A stretch of DNA of 64,000 bases from positions 226 through 64,225 of the forward strand of contig JBLINS010000002.1 in assembly GCA_047639455.1 (NCBI GenBank). Direction: 5' to 3'. The first letter of the stretch is position 1; each line of letters begins with the position of its first letter. The notes beneath the pieces were generated by a model. That model did not search any database and had not been told where the DNA came from. It worked only from the letters and a program-made list of their open reading frames with translations. The stretch is from Candidatus Omnitrophota bacterium (GTDB taxonomy: Bacteria > Omnitrophota > Gorgyraeia > 2-02-FULL-51-18 > JAGOUK01). A program made the translations under genes and the position numbers. Below are positions 47,988 through 58,082 of the stretch, piece after piece.

Positions 47988-48017
47988 GTTTGATTAGTTA
48001 ATTACAAGGAGAAGATA

Positions 48018-48281
48018 ATGGCAGTTTTTGCTGGAAAAAAGAAAACAGATTTAAAAGGTAAGCGTAAGAAAAAAGTCTTTCGCAAAAAAGTTTGTAAATT
48101 ATGCGCTGATCGCATAGTTCACATAGATTACAAGGATGCATCTCGCCTTCAGCGTTATATCACTGAAAAAGGCAAGATCATTAGCAGCAAAATTAATGGT
48201 AATTGCGCTAAATGTCAGCGTCGATTAGCGACCGCTATTAAGCGTGCACGTCAAATCGCTTTATTGCCATATTCTGGCTAA
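48018..48281 (+). CDS. rpsR: 30S ribosomal protein S18
   Basis: [25 protein letters not shown]. Confidence 0.97.
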   Translation: MAVFAGKKKTDLKGKRKKKVFRKKVCKLCADRIVHIDYKDASRLQRYITEKGKIISSKINGNCAKCQRRLATAIKRARQIALLPYSG

Positions 48282-48365
48282 TATTTACTATTTCAATAGT
48301 CACGTTAGTTGTAATACTTAATAATAGTTCTTAATCTTGAATAATTATTTGTAAAGAGGTGAGAT

Positions 48366-48974
48366 ATGAAGATTGTATTAAATAAAAATATAGAAAACGT
48401 CGGTTCAGTTGGTGACGTTGTTGCTGTTAAGGACGGTTTTGCCAGAAATTTTTTAATTCCTGAGGGATCGGCTGTATTGGCAACACCTGGTAATATCAAA
48501 GTAATCGAACAAGAGAAATCGCAAGAAATTGCCGTTGAGAAAAAAAATCGTGTTGAAGCCGAAAAAATAGCCGAAAAAATTCGCACATTAACATTAAGTC
48601 ATGAAGTTAGTGTGGGTGAAGAGGGTAAGTTGTTTGGCGCTGTTACAGCTATTGATATCGTACAATTATTAGGAGCTGCTGGCGTTGAAGTGGATAAGAA
48701 AAATATCCGTATGGCTAAGTCTATCCGTAAAATTGGTGAATATGATATCGAAGTACGCTGCTATAACAGTGTTAAGGCGATATTTAAATTTTGGGTTTTA
48801 GACAAAGATAAAGATGCTAAAGAAGCTAAGGCAGAAGCTGTAGCATTAGCTGCTAAAGAAGCTGCAGAAATTGCTAAAAAGGCTGCTGAAGCCGAGGCTG
48901 CTGCTAATCCAGAATCTACCGAAGTTGAAGCAGAAGCATCTACGGAAACTGTTGATAAAGCAGAATCTAAATAA
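48366..48974 (+). CDS. rplI: 50S ribosomal protein L9
   Basis: G..GDVV.VKDGFARNFLIP, GKLFGAVT. Confidence 0.96.
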   Translation: MKIVLNKNIENVGSVGDVVAVKDGFARNFLIPEGSAVLATPGNIKVIEQEKSQEIAVEKKNRVEAEKIAEKIRTLTLSHEVSVGEEGKLFGAVTAIDIVQLLGAAGVEVDKKNIRMAKSIRKIGEYDIEVRCYNSVKAIFKFWVLDKDKDAKEAKAEAVALAAKEAAEIAKKAAEAEAAANPESTEVEAEASTETVDKAESK

Positions 48975-48988
48975 GGACAACTAATTCC

Positions 48989-50368
48989 ATGGATATGGAG
49001 ACTATAGATCCTCCTGTTGTTGGCGGTAAGGTGCCTCCTCAAAATGTGGAAGCTGAATCAGCTGTCTTAGGTTCAGCCTTGCTGGATGATGCTGTTATAC
49101 CACTTATTATTGAGCGCCTTTCAGCTGACGCTTTTTACCACCCGCCTCATCGAAAAATATTCGAAGTCATGGTGAGCTTGTTTGAAGACAATCTCGCTAT
49201 TGACTACATCACTCTCACGGAGCGCTTGTCTAAAGGCGGCTTTGTTGAGCAGGTGGGTGGCGCGGCTTATTTGACGGAATTATCTTCAGCAGTACCTACA
49301 AGTGCTAATGTTGAATATTACATTCAAATCGTGCACGAAAAATCTATCCTCAGACGCTTAATCGCCACTTCTACCAAAATAGCGACTGGTTGTTATGAAA
49401 CAGGCACTAATCCCAGTGAATTATTAGATAGTGCTGAGAAATCGATATTTGAAATAGCCGGCGAGCGCTTTGGCAGTGAAGCTATGGTGCTTAAAGATAT
49501 TGTTCATAATTGCATCGAAAATATTGATCGCCTATATCAGCGCAAAGAAAACATTACTGGTATACCAACAGGCTTTCATCAATTTGATGTACAAACGGCT
49601 GGATTACAGCCTTCAGATTTAATCATTATTGCCGCACGTCCAGCTATGGGTAAGAGTTCTTTCGTAGTTAATATTGCCGAACATGTCGGTATTATAGAGC
49701 AAGTGCCGACAGCTATTTTTAGTTTAGAAATGTCAAAAGAGCAATTAACACAACGTATGCTATGCTCGCAAGCGCGCATTAACGCCCACAAGGTACGCAC
49801 AGGCTTCTTAGCTCAATCTGATTGGCCCAAGTTGACTGAAGCTGCAAATAAATTATCTAAAGCCCCCATCTATATCGACGACTCACCGGGTATATCCGTT
49901 TTGGAACTTAGAGCCAAAGCTAGACGTCTTAAAGCTCAGTTTGATATCCAATTAATTATTTTGGACTATATGCAATTAATGGGTTCAGAAGGGCGCACTG
50001 AGAATCGCCAACAAGAAATTTCGACGATTAGCCGCTCCATGAAGGCATTGGCTAGGGAATTGCACGTGCCTGTAGTTGTGATTAGTCAATTATCTCGAGC
50101 AGTTGAAAGTCGGACTGATCATCGTCCACAATTATCGGATTTGCGTGAATCAGGTTCTATTGAGCAAGATGCAGATGTGGTGATTATGCTGACGCGTGAG
50201 GAATACTATAAACCAACTGAAGAAAATCGCGGTCAGGCCGATGTAATCATAGCTAAACAGCGCAATGGGCCAGTTGGCGATATTAAACTCGCATTCATTA
50301 AAGAGCTCACTCGATTCGAAAATTTGGCTGTGCCAAGATACGATTCAGCTATGCCGAATGAGGTATAG
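48989..50368 (+). CDS. dnaB: Replicative DNA helicase
   Basis: PPQNVEAE..VLG, AARPAMGKS, DYMQL, SQLSR, LRESGSIEQDAD, KQRNGP. Confidence 0.98.
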   Translation: MDMETIDPPVVGGKVPPQNVEAESAVLGSALLDDAVIPLIIERLSADAFYHPPHRKIFEVMVSLFEDNLAIDYITLTERLSKGGFVEQVGGAAYLTELSSAVPTSANVEYYIQIVHEKSILRRLIATSTKIATGCYETGTNPSELLDSAEKSIFEIAGERFGSEAMVLKDIVHNCIENIDRLYQRKENITGIPTGFHQFDVQTAGLQPSDLIIIAARPAMGKSSFVVNIAEHVGIIEQVPTAIFSLEMSKEQLTQRMLCSQARINAHKVRTGFLAQSDWPKLTEAANKLSKAPIYIDDSPGISVLELRAKARRLKAQFDIQLIILDYMQLMGSEGRTENRQQEISTISRSMKALARELHVPVVVISQLSRAVESRTDHRPQLSDLRESGSIEQDADVVIMLTREEYYKPTEENRGQADVIIAKQRNGPVGDIKLAFIKELTRFENLAVPRYDSAMPNEV

Positions 50369-50485
50369 AATCATCTCGCAACAGACTATGTGGTGTGATA
50401 TATTATTTTACTTAAATAGCACCATACGCGATGCCTAAAACATTAGAATAACTAACGGCAAAGACCCCAGGGAAAAAAATCAGCA

Positions 50486-52798
50486 ATGACCAAAAATAAA
50501 ACCGTATTAACGACTTTACTCATTACAATGTGTTTGACGTTAGGATTTACGCACTCAGCCTTAGCTGAGGACGTCAAGGTTGTTTCAGCTATCGAAATAG
50601 AAGGAAATGACACAGTTGCTCAACAAACTATATTGAGCCAAATTCGGACTGTGCCTGGTCGACCCTTAAATCAATCTTTATTAAGCGAAGACTTGAAGCG
50701 TTTGTATAGCTTGGGTTTTTTTCGCGATGTACAAATTCGTCAAGTCGATGATGCAAGTAGTCAAATTATATTACGCTTTTTAGTTAAAGAAAAAGCGATT
50801 CTCGGCAAAATCACTATTGCTGGTAATAGTCAGATTAAAGAAAGGGCCATTCGTGATGTATTGCGAGCTAAAACGGGTGACTTTTTTGACGAACAAACCA
50901 TACGACGGGATATAGACTCGGTTAAAAAGATATATGAGGCCAAAGGTTTTTATGATATCAATGTAACGCATGAATTAGAGTTTGATGACATTAATAATCA
51001 AGCCGAACTTATTATCCGCGTTGATGAAGGTGTTAAGGTCGTGATCAAAAGCATCACTTTTGAGGGCATGAATTGGTTTAAGCCCGCCAAGATTCTTAAA
51101 AGCATAGAAACCAAATCTCGTGGTTGGTATGGCCTTATTAGCGGCTTACTCAAAGAGGATGCGCTTGATATTGACATTCAGCGAATTCGCTCCATGTATG
51201 ACGAAGAAGGTTTTAGTGATGCCAAGATTGGACACCGACTTGATGCAACTGATGAACCTGGCCAGGTTAATTTGATTTTTGAAATTAATGAGGGCCGCCA
51301 ATACCTAGTCGGAACCATTGATTTTCAGGGCAATCAACTATTTTCCAATACTGCCTTAATTTCCGCTTCGGCCACTAAACCTGACTCACCTTTTTCTAGA
51401 CGTGGTTTGCGTCAAAACGTTTCTGATATCCAAGACTTGTATTTTGAAAAAGGGTATATGAATGCGCGCATCATCTTTGATTCGTCCTTTAATGATGAAA
51501 CTGGACGGGTTGATTCGATTTATAAAATAACTGAGAATAGCATCACTTATGTGAATCGCATTAAAATAATGGGTAATACCAAAACAAAGGATATAGTCAT
51601 ACGACGTGAGTTGCGCGTTTATCCAGGTGAGCCGTTTAACGGCGCTTCGCTAAAGCGATCTAAGGAGAGATTGTTTAATTTGGGTTACTTTGAAGAAGTT
51701 CAATTTGACACAGAAGACACGGAGAAAAAAGATCACAAGAACTTAATCGTGTCGATTAAAGAGCAGAAGACCGGCGAATTTAGTTTTGGCGGTGGTTTTA
51801 GTTCTATAGACAAAGCGTTAGGGTTTGTTCAAATACGCCAACGTAATTTTGATCATGGTAATTACCCATCGTTCACAGGTGCTGGAGAAGATTTGTCCGT
51901 TAGATTGCAACTAGGTACTGTTCGGTCACAGGGCGAATTATCCTGGACTGATCCATGGTTTATGGGGCATCCTTTTTCGCTTGGATTTGATTTATTCAAA
52001 CGCGAGTCTTCTCGAACCCGTAGTTCTGGACTTTTCTTTGATGAAGATAGGCAGGGTGGAAGACTGCGCATTGGTAAAGAATTAAGTGATTTTGATATTG
52101 TGAACGCATCGTATGCATATGAACAGGTTGATATTTCTGATGTGCCTGATGACGCATCTGCGGATTTGCAAGCTGAAGAAGGTGAAACTAATGTTTCTAG
52201 ATTGGCGCTGAACCTGACACGCGATAAACGTGACAATCGCTTTGTGCCAACAAATGGATACCTTCTATCAGGTAGCAGCGAGCTTGCTGGTGGTTTTTTG
52301 GCTGGTGATCGTGATTTTTGGAAGATGAGCGGATTAGCTGCTGGTTATTGGCCGCATAGAGGCGATAATGTCATTGAGCTCAAACTACGCGGCGGAATTT
52401 CTGACGCTTATGATGATTCCGAAAAAGTGCCGATATTTGAAAGATATTATGCTGGTGGTGCCAATACAATACGTGGTTACAAAGAGCGCCGGGTTGGCCC
52501 TAGAGACACTGGCACGGGAGATCCAATTGGTGGCGAAGCTTATTGGGTGGCCAATGCTGAATACACATTTCCAATTGTAGAAGGCGTGCTTAAGGCTGCT
52601 GCATTTTATGATATTGGTGCAGTTGATGCCACAATTGATGACTTTGGAGCAGGGGACATAGCACAGGGCATAGGTATGGGCGTGCGCATCAAAACTCCTA
52701 TTGGCCCTGTCAAAATTGATGCTGGGTTTCCGATAAATGACGTTGAGGGTGAGGATAAAGAAGTGCGTTTCTATTTTAATATGAGCCGTGGTTTTTAG
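50486..52798 (+). CDS. bamA: Outer membrane protein assembly factor BamA
   Basis: Signal peptide, POTRA repeats, IRGY motif, C-terminal RFYFNMSRGF. Confidence 0.95.
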   Translation: MTKNKTVLTTLLITMCLTLGFTHSALAEDVKVVSAIEIEGNDTVAQQTILSQIRTVPGRPLNQSLLSEDLKRLYSLGFFRDVQIRQVDDASSQIILRFLVKEKAILGKITIAGNSQIKERAIRDVLRAKTGDFFDEQTIRRDIDSVKKIYEAKGFYDINVTHELEFDDINNQAELIIRVDEGVKVVIKSITFEGMNWFKPAKILKSIETKSRGWYGLISGLLKEDALDIDIQRIRSMYDEEGFSDAKIGHRLDATDEPGQVNLIFEINEGRQYLVGTIDFQGNQLFSNTALISASATKPDSPFSRRGLRQNVSDIQDLYFEKGYMNARIIFDSSFNDETGRVDSIYKITENSITYVNRIKIMGNTKTKDIVIRRELRVYPGEPFNGASLKRSKERLFNLGYFEEVQFDTEDTEKKDHKNLIVSIKEQKTGEFSFGGGFSSIDKALGFVQIRQRNFDHGNYPSFTGAGEDLSVRLQLGTVRSQGELSWTDPWFMGHPFSLGFDLFKRESSRTRSSGLFFDEDRQGGRLRIGKELSDFDIVNASYAYEQVDISDVPDDASADLQAEEGETNVSRLALNLTRDKRDNRFVPTNGYLLSGSSELAGGFLAGDRDFWKMSGLAAGYWPHRGDNVIELKLRGGISDAYDDSEKVPIFERYYAGGANTIRGYKERRVGPRDTGTGDPIGGEAYWVANAEYTFPIVEGVLKAAAFYDIGAVDATIDDFGAGDIAQGIGMGVRIKTPIGPVKIDAGFPINDVEGEDKEVRFYFNMSRGF

Positions 52799-52848
52799 TA
52801 TTTGTAATTTTAATTGTTTAGTCAATCTGTACGTAAAAGGAGAACAAA

Positions 52849-53346
52849 ATGAAAACAAAGAGTATATTTTTAGTATTTGCAATCACGATTAGTATAGCAT
52901 TCGCCATGAATTCATCAGCCGCAGCACAAACGGTGGGCTATGTGAATTTATCAAAAGTATTTGACGCATATAATAAAACAAAAGAATTCGACGCTAATTT
53001 ACAAACGGAAGCTGAAGCAAAGCGTGGCGAAAGAGACGCTATTGTTGAGGGTATTAAGAGTTTGAGAGACGACTTGGAATTATTAAGCGCTGACGGCCGT
53101 GCCGAGAAGCAAGGTGAAGTTGATGCACGCGTACAAGAGCTGCAAGCCTTTGATAATGACAGTCGTTTGGAATTAAGGCGCAAAAGAGATACTATGATTC
53201 GCGATATCCTTAAAGAAATTGATGATATCATTCAAGAGTACGGCAAAGAAAATGGATATGATTACATCTATAACGACCGTATTCTTTTATACAAAACCGA
53301 TCAAAGCGATTTGACTGAGACCATTACCGAAATTCTAAATGGCTAA
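52849..53346 (+). CDS. skp: OmpH/Skp chaperone
   Basis: VGYVNL..VF, coiled coil, GYDYI, DLT..I; follows bamA. Confidence 0.9.
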   Translation: MKTKSIFLVFAITISIAFAMNSSAAAQTVGYVNLSKVFDAYNKTKEFDANLQTEAEAKRGERDAIVEGIKSLRDDLELLSADGRAEKQGEVDARVQELQAFDNDSRLELRRKRDTMIRDILKEIDDIIQEYGKENGYDYIYNDRILLYKTDQSDLTETITEILNG

Positions 53347-54385
53347 TTCCAGTTCCACTGCCTCAATCATATCGATTTCTTTAGCAGAAATTAATCAAAT
53401 GGTTGGCGGCGAATCCGCCGACTTTGAAGCCATTCATATCACCGGAGCATGCAGTCTTCAAGACGCAGGCTCCGGTGATATTGCTTATGCCAGTGGCAAG
53501 GCTCAAAATGCTTTATTAAAGCGAACTCAGGCCAGTGCCGTCATCGTTGCATTGGATTCGGAGTATTCAGCCAAACCAGTCATACGAGTCGCTAACCCAG
53601 CCAAAGCTTTTTTAGCCATCTTACGTTTGTGGCATACAGGCACAGAAAAATTAGCAAAAGAGGGCATCCATAAGAGCGCCGTTGTTGATGAAACCGCCAA
53701 AATTGGTCAGCGCGTATTTTTGGGTCCCGGTGTGATTGTCGATGAGAATGCTCAGATTGGCGATGGTTGCACGATATTAGCCAATACCTATATTGGTGCT
53801 AACGTTACGCTAAAAAATGATGTTCTAATATTTGAAAATGTCACTATAAGTGAAGACACAATCATTGATCAATTAGTAACCATACATGCAGGCGTCGTTA
53901 TTGGTTCGGATGGATTCGGCTATGAGAGAATTGATGATGTTTATATTAAAGTACCTCAGCGTGGTAATGTGTTGATTGAACAAAATGTTGAAATAGGTGC
54001 TAATACCTGCATAGATCGTGCCCGTTTTGGAACGACACGCATTAAGCAGGGGACCAAAATCGATAACTTGGTCCAAATAGGTCATAATGTTACCATTGGC
54101 GAAAGATGTCTTTTGGTATCCCAAGTCGGCATTGCTGGTTCGTCCGAACTGGGCGATGACGTAGCACTTGGCGGACAAGTCGGTGTTTCGGGTCATATTA
54201 AAATTGGCCCGCGCACTCAAATAGCGGCTCAGAGCGGCGCTTATACCAATATCGGGTCTGATCAAATCTTATTAGGTAGCCCGCCAAGGCCTTTTCGTAA
54301 AGAAAAAGAAATCATTGTTTATACATCTCGCCTACCGCAGTTATTCAAAGAAGTGCGTGAAATTAAAAAAAAGCTTTCTGAGTAA
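53339..54385 (+). CDS. lpxD: UDP-3-O-acylglucosamine N-acyltransferase
   Basis: IGSDGFGY, VEIGANTCIDR, KIDNLVQIGHNV. Confidence 0.96.
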   Translation: MANSSSTASIISISLAEINQMVGGESADFEAIHITGACSLQDAGSGDIAYASGKAQNALLKRTQASAVIVALDSEYSAKPVIRVANPAKAFLAILRLWHTGTEKLAKEGIHKSAVVDETAKIGQRVFLGPGVIVDENAQIGDGCTILANTYIGANVTLKNDVLIFENVTISEDTIIDQLVTIHAGVVIGSDGFGYERIDDVYIKVPQRGNVLIEQNVEIGANTCIDRARFGTTRIKQGTKIDNLVQIGHNVTIGERCLLVSQVGIAGSSELGDDVALGGQVGVSGHIKIGPRTQIAAQSGAYTNIGSDQILLGSPPRPFRKEKEIIVYTSRLPQLFKEVREIKKKLSE

Positions 54386-54388
54386 TAA

Positions 54389-55243
54389 ATGCGACTTCAA
54401 CGTACAATTCGGGAATCGGGTCAAATATTAGGTTTAGGCGTTCATTCGGGTGAAGAGTGTTGTCTTAAGTTTAAGCCGCTACCAGAAAATTCGGGCATTG
54501 TTTTTTGTCGCAAAGATTTGGCAGAAGAAATGACTTGGGTCGTTGGTCAGCCGGGATTTGAGACTCCATTAAATGGAGATCTTCGTCAGACTACCCTTGG
54601 TTCCGATACAGGTTCTATTAAAACTATTGAACATTTGATGGCCGCACTCTGGGCTTTGGGTATATGTAATCTATCTATAGAGGTAATGGGTGGCGAAATA
54701 CCTATCCTGGACGGTAGCAGCCTTGATTTTATTAATGCGTTCAATGATATGGGAATAATAGATCAGACTGTAACTAAGCCGGAGTTCGTCTTAAAAGAAC
54801 CTTTATTTGTGTCTGGAAAGCAGTCTGCAATATTGGCCTTACCGAGCGCCGGGTTTAGCATTACCTATACACTAGATTACCCGCACCCACAATTAAAGGC
54901 GATGACATTAGCTATCAATATAAATCCTGAAGAATTTATTGAAAAAATCGCGCCAGCTAGGACATTTTGTACAAAAGATGAGGCCCAGCAACTTTTGGAT
55001 TTAGGCTATGGTAAGGGTGCGAATACTAACAATACATTAGTCCTGGCTGAAGATGGTCCAATTGAGAATGTGTTGCGGTTTGACAATGAGCCGGTGCGTC
55101 ACAAGATATTGGATTTGGTAGGCGATTTAAGCCTATTAGGGTATGATTTTAAAGCCCAAATTATTGCGATACGAAGTGGCCATGCATTGAATCATGCATT
55201 GCGAGCAAAAATACTTAAAACGAGTCAACTACAAGCTAATTGA
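54389..55243 (+). CDS. lpxC: UDP-3-O-acyl-GlcNAc deacetylase
   Basis: QRTI, G.GVHSG, TIEHLMAAL, EIPILDGS, ARTF, RHKILD.VGD, SGH. Confidence 0.96.
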   Translation: MRLQRTIRESGQILGLGVHSGEECCLKFKPLPENSGIVFCRKDLAEEMTWVVGQPGFETPLNGDLRQTTLGSDTGSIKTIEHLMAALWALGICNLSIEVMGGEIPILDGSSLDFINAFNDMGIIDQTVTKPEFVLKEPLFVSGKQSAILALPSAGFSITYTLDYPHPQLKAMTLAININPEEFIEKIAPARTFCTKDEAQQLLDLGYGKGANTNNTLVLAEDGPIENVLRFDNEPVRHKILDLVGDLSLLGYDFKAQIIAIRSGHALNHALRAKILKTSQLQAN

Positions 55244-55275
55244 AATTTGATAAATTTATTTTAAGGGAGTGAACA

Positions 55276-55737
55276 ATGGCTGAGAGTACATTATTTGATC
55301 CATATCAAATGCCCATGGATCAAGAAGGTATAAAAAAAATAATTCCGCATCGCGACCCTTTTCTTTTGGTTGATCGAATCACTTCTTTAACTGAAGATAG
55401 CGTGATTGGTGAAAAAACATTAAGCGGTGAAGAGGATTTTTTTAGAGGCCATTTTCCAAGCAAGCCAGTCATGCCGGGCGTCTTAATGATTGAGGCATTG
55501 GCGCAAGTTACAGGCGTTATGATTTGTTCACGGCCTGATTTTCGTAATCGCATGGGATTTTTTGCATCCATTAATAAAGTTAAGTTCAGAGAAATGGTTA
55601 GTCCTGGCAGCACTTTGCGCCTCGAATCTATTAAAGTTCGTGAGAAGAAAATGTTTTATATTGCGCAAGCAAGGGCAATGTTGGGCGACAAAATGGCATG
55701 TGAAGCTGAAATTATGCTGTATATGGATGTACAATGA
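55276..55737 (+). CDS. fabZ: 3-hydroxyacyl-ACP dehydratase
   Basis: IPHRDPFLLVDR, FF.GHFP..PVMPGVLMIEALAQ. Confidence 0.96.
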   Translation: MAESTLFDPYQMPMDQEGIKKIIPHRDPFLLVDRITSLTEDSVIGEKTLSGEEDFFRGHFPSKPVMPGVLMIEALAQVTGVMICSRPDFRNRMGFFASINKVKFREMVSPGSTLRLESIKVREKKMFYIAQARAMLGDKMACEAEIMLYMDVQ

Positions 55738-56531
55738 TTGCTCACTCTACCGCGATTATTTCTCCCAAAGCACGTATTGATGATGATGTTGAGGTAGGTC
55801 CTTTTTGCATTATTGGTGATGACGCCGTTATTGGTTCTGGAACCAAAATCGAGTCCCACGCGGTTATAGAGGGGCATACTACCATTGGTAAAAATAACAT
55901 TTTGGGCGTTGGTTCTGTTATTGGCGGTTTGCCGCAAACAAAATCTTATGATGGTGAAGAATCTTATGTGAAGATTGGTGATTCTAATCATATCCGCGAA
56001 TATGTCACTATTCATCGCGGTAGCCACGGCACTCGTACCACAAAAATAGGTGATTCAAATTATCTTATGGCTTACTCTCATTTAGGACATGATGTTCAAG
56101 TGGGTAATCACGCAGTTGTAGCTAATGGTGCGATGATGGGCGGCCATGTAACAATTGGGGATAACGCCATTGTTGGCGGGCTTGTGGGCGTGCATCAATT
56201 TCAGCGCATTGGACGGTTTGCTATGGTTGGAGCGATGAGTCGTATTAGTTTTGATGTGCCACCTTTCTCGATTGTTGACGGTAATCCGAATGCCTTAGGT
56301 GGTGTTAACACAACTGGACTAAAGCGTGCAAATTTTTCGGTGGATGACATTCGCCAAATTCGAAATAGTTTTAAGCAACTATTTTTTTCTGACAAATTAT
56401 TCAAAGATGCGGTTGCTGAGGCCAAAATCAAGCAAGCTGATTGTGTGTATATGAAGGAATTATTGGATTTTATTAAGGATACCAAGAGATCAGTGATTAC
56501 ACGTAGAAAATCTAGTTCACATGCTGCATAA
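55734..56531 (+). CDS. lpxA: Acyl-ACP--UDP-GlcNAc(3N) acyltransferase
   Basis: Hexapeptide repeats, IREYVTIHRG, MAYSHLGHD, VHQF.RIG. Confidence 0.95.
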   Translation: MIAHSTAIISPKARIDDDVEVGPFCIIGDDAVIGSGTKIESHAVIEGHTTIGKNNILGVGSVIGGLPQTKSYDGEESYVKIGDSNHIREYVTIHRGSHGTRTTKIGDSNYLMAYSHLGHDVQVGNHAVVANGAMMGGHVTIGDNAIVGGLVGVHQFQRIGRFAMVGAMSRISFDVPPFSIVDGNPNALGGVNTTGLKRANFSVDDIRQIRNSFKQLFFSDKLFKDAVAEAKIKQADCVYMKELLDFIKDTKRSVITRRKSSSHAA

Positions 56532-57378
56532 TTTATTTAAATTCAAATTAAGCGCTTTACCGAATCCCAAAAAACATTGCTTGGGTGTCGTCGCAGCTTC
56601 AGGAAAATTGCCTATCCAAATTCTGGAAAATGCGAAGTCCCAGGGATATAGACTAATTGTATTGGGTGTTGAATTAAAGGATGATCGAGTTGAGGCGCTG
56701 GCAGATGAATATCTAGCGGTTAAAATGACTGAGGGTCAAAAGGCTTTGGATTATTTGGTCACCGCTGGCGTCAAACACTTAGTTTTATGCGGCAAATTTC
56801 CAAAAACGGATTTTGCTAGTCATTATAAGCCGGATTCTTTGATTGCTGGTACATTGAAAAAAACTCTGAACGGCAAAGGTGATGATGGTATTTTAAAAGC
56901 AATATCAGGCTTATTGCGATTAAAGGGCATAAAGGTTTTGCCAATACTACCTTTTTTAATCCATGCTGCTGCACCTAAGGGTGTTTTGACCAAAACAAAA
57001 CCAACCCAAGCGCAATTCACTGATTTGGCATTTGGTTTTCGTATGGCCAAAAAGATTGGTCGATTAGATATTGGTCAAACGGTGGTGATTAAAAATGAAG
57101 TTGTTTTGGCGGTAGAAGCTATTGAGGGCACCGATGCTACCATTAGGCGCATTAATGAATTTAACTCAGAAGGTGCAGCGGTTGTAAAAGTCTCTAAGCC
57201 ACAACAAGAATTAAGATTTGATATGCCCGTGATTGGCTTGAGCACTATAGAAAGTTTGATTGCAGCCAAATGTGCTTGCATTGGTATTGAGGCTGGTAAG
57301 ACGTTATTAGTGGATCAAAGCGACGTTATTGAATTGGCTGACAAAAATCAAATTTGTGTAGTAGGGATTACGCAATGA
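56521..57378 (+). CDS. lpxI: UDP-2,3-diacylglucosamine diphosphatase
   Basis: G..A.SG.LP, LDIGQ.VV, AVEAIEGTD, KP.QELRFDMPVIG. Confidence 0.93.
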   Translation: MLHNLFKFKLSALPNPKKHCLGVVAASGKLPIQILENAKSQGYRLIVLGVELKDDRVEALADEYLAVKMTEGQKALDYLVTAGVKHLVLCGKFPKTDFASHYKPDSLIAGTLKKTLNGKGDDGILKAISGLLRLKGIKVLPILPFLIHAAAPKGVLTKTKPTQAQFTDLAFGFRMAKKIGRLDIGQTVVIKNEVVLAVEAIEGTDATIRRINEFNSEGAAVVKVSKPQQELRFDMPVIGLSTIESLIAAKCACIGIEAGKTLLVDQSDVIELADKNQICVVGITQ

Positions 57379-58067
57379 CAGGCAGAGTATTAATTATTGG
57401 GCCCAAAGATGCAGATATGGATGCATTATTGGAATACGTAAAAAAGGAATCGCATTTTATACCTCGGCTTGTTGATTTATCAGACATCAATGAGGAAGCG
57501 ATATTAGCCTTTAAGCCGGACATCATTATTTTTAATGCAGGCGCAAGTCCTGAGACGGCAATTAAATTCTTTGATCGCTTTATGAAACTTGATTCCCTTA
57601 AAGACTTGCCCTGTCTAATTGCAGTGGAAGAAGATAAAATTATTTCGGCATCCAATTCATTGCCCATGGGTGTAGCTGATATTGTTGCTAAGCCAATACG
57701 ACCTTTTGAAGTTGTTGCCAAGATGCAATTGCTATATCGCAAGACACATAGAATATCAGACACATCTATAATTCGCTCTGCTGAATTAGAAATTGATATA
57801 TCTAAATACGAAGTTAGGGTGAGTGGCAAAAAAGTTGATTTAACATATACGGAGTATGAATTATTAAAATTCTTGGCTAGTAATCCAGGCCAGGTGTTTG
57901 GGCGGGACCTATTATTGAATAAGGTTTGGGGCTATGATTATTTTGGTGGCGCCAGAACTGTTGATGTTCATGTTAGGCGCTTGAGATCAAAGTTAGAAAC
58001 TAATACTGGCAGATATATTGAAACTATTCGACATATCGGATATAAATTTGTGCATGAAGAAGAGTGA
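57375..58067 (+). CDS. OmpR-family regulator with atypical receiver, GlnR-like
   Basis: wHTH LTYTEYELL.FLA.NPG.VF.R..LL..VWGYDYFGGARTVDVHVRRLRSKL; receiver has PDIIIFN (Asn at the usual phospho-Asp position). Confidence 0.88.
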   Translation: MTGRVLIIGPKDADMDALLEYVKKESHFIPRLVDLSDINEEAILAFKPDIIIFNAGASPETAIKFFDRFMKLDSLKDLPCLIAVEEDKIISASNSLPMGVADIVAKPIRPFEVVAKMQLLYRKTHRISDTSIIRSAELEIDISKYEVRVSGKKVDLTYTEYELLKFLASNPGQVFGRDLLLNKVWGYDYFGGARTVDVHVRRLRSKLETNTGRYIETIRHIGYKFVHEEE

Positions 58068-58082
58068 GTAGCGGAGTGAATC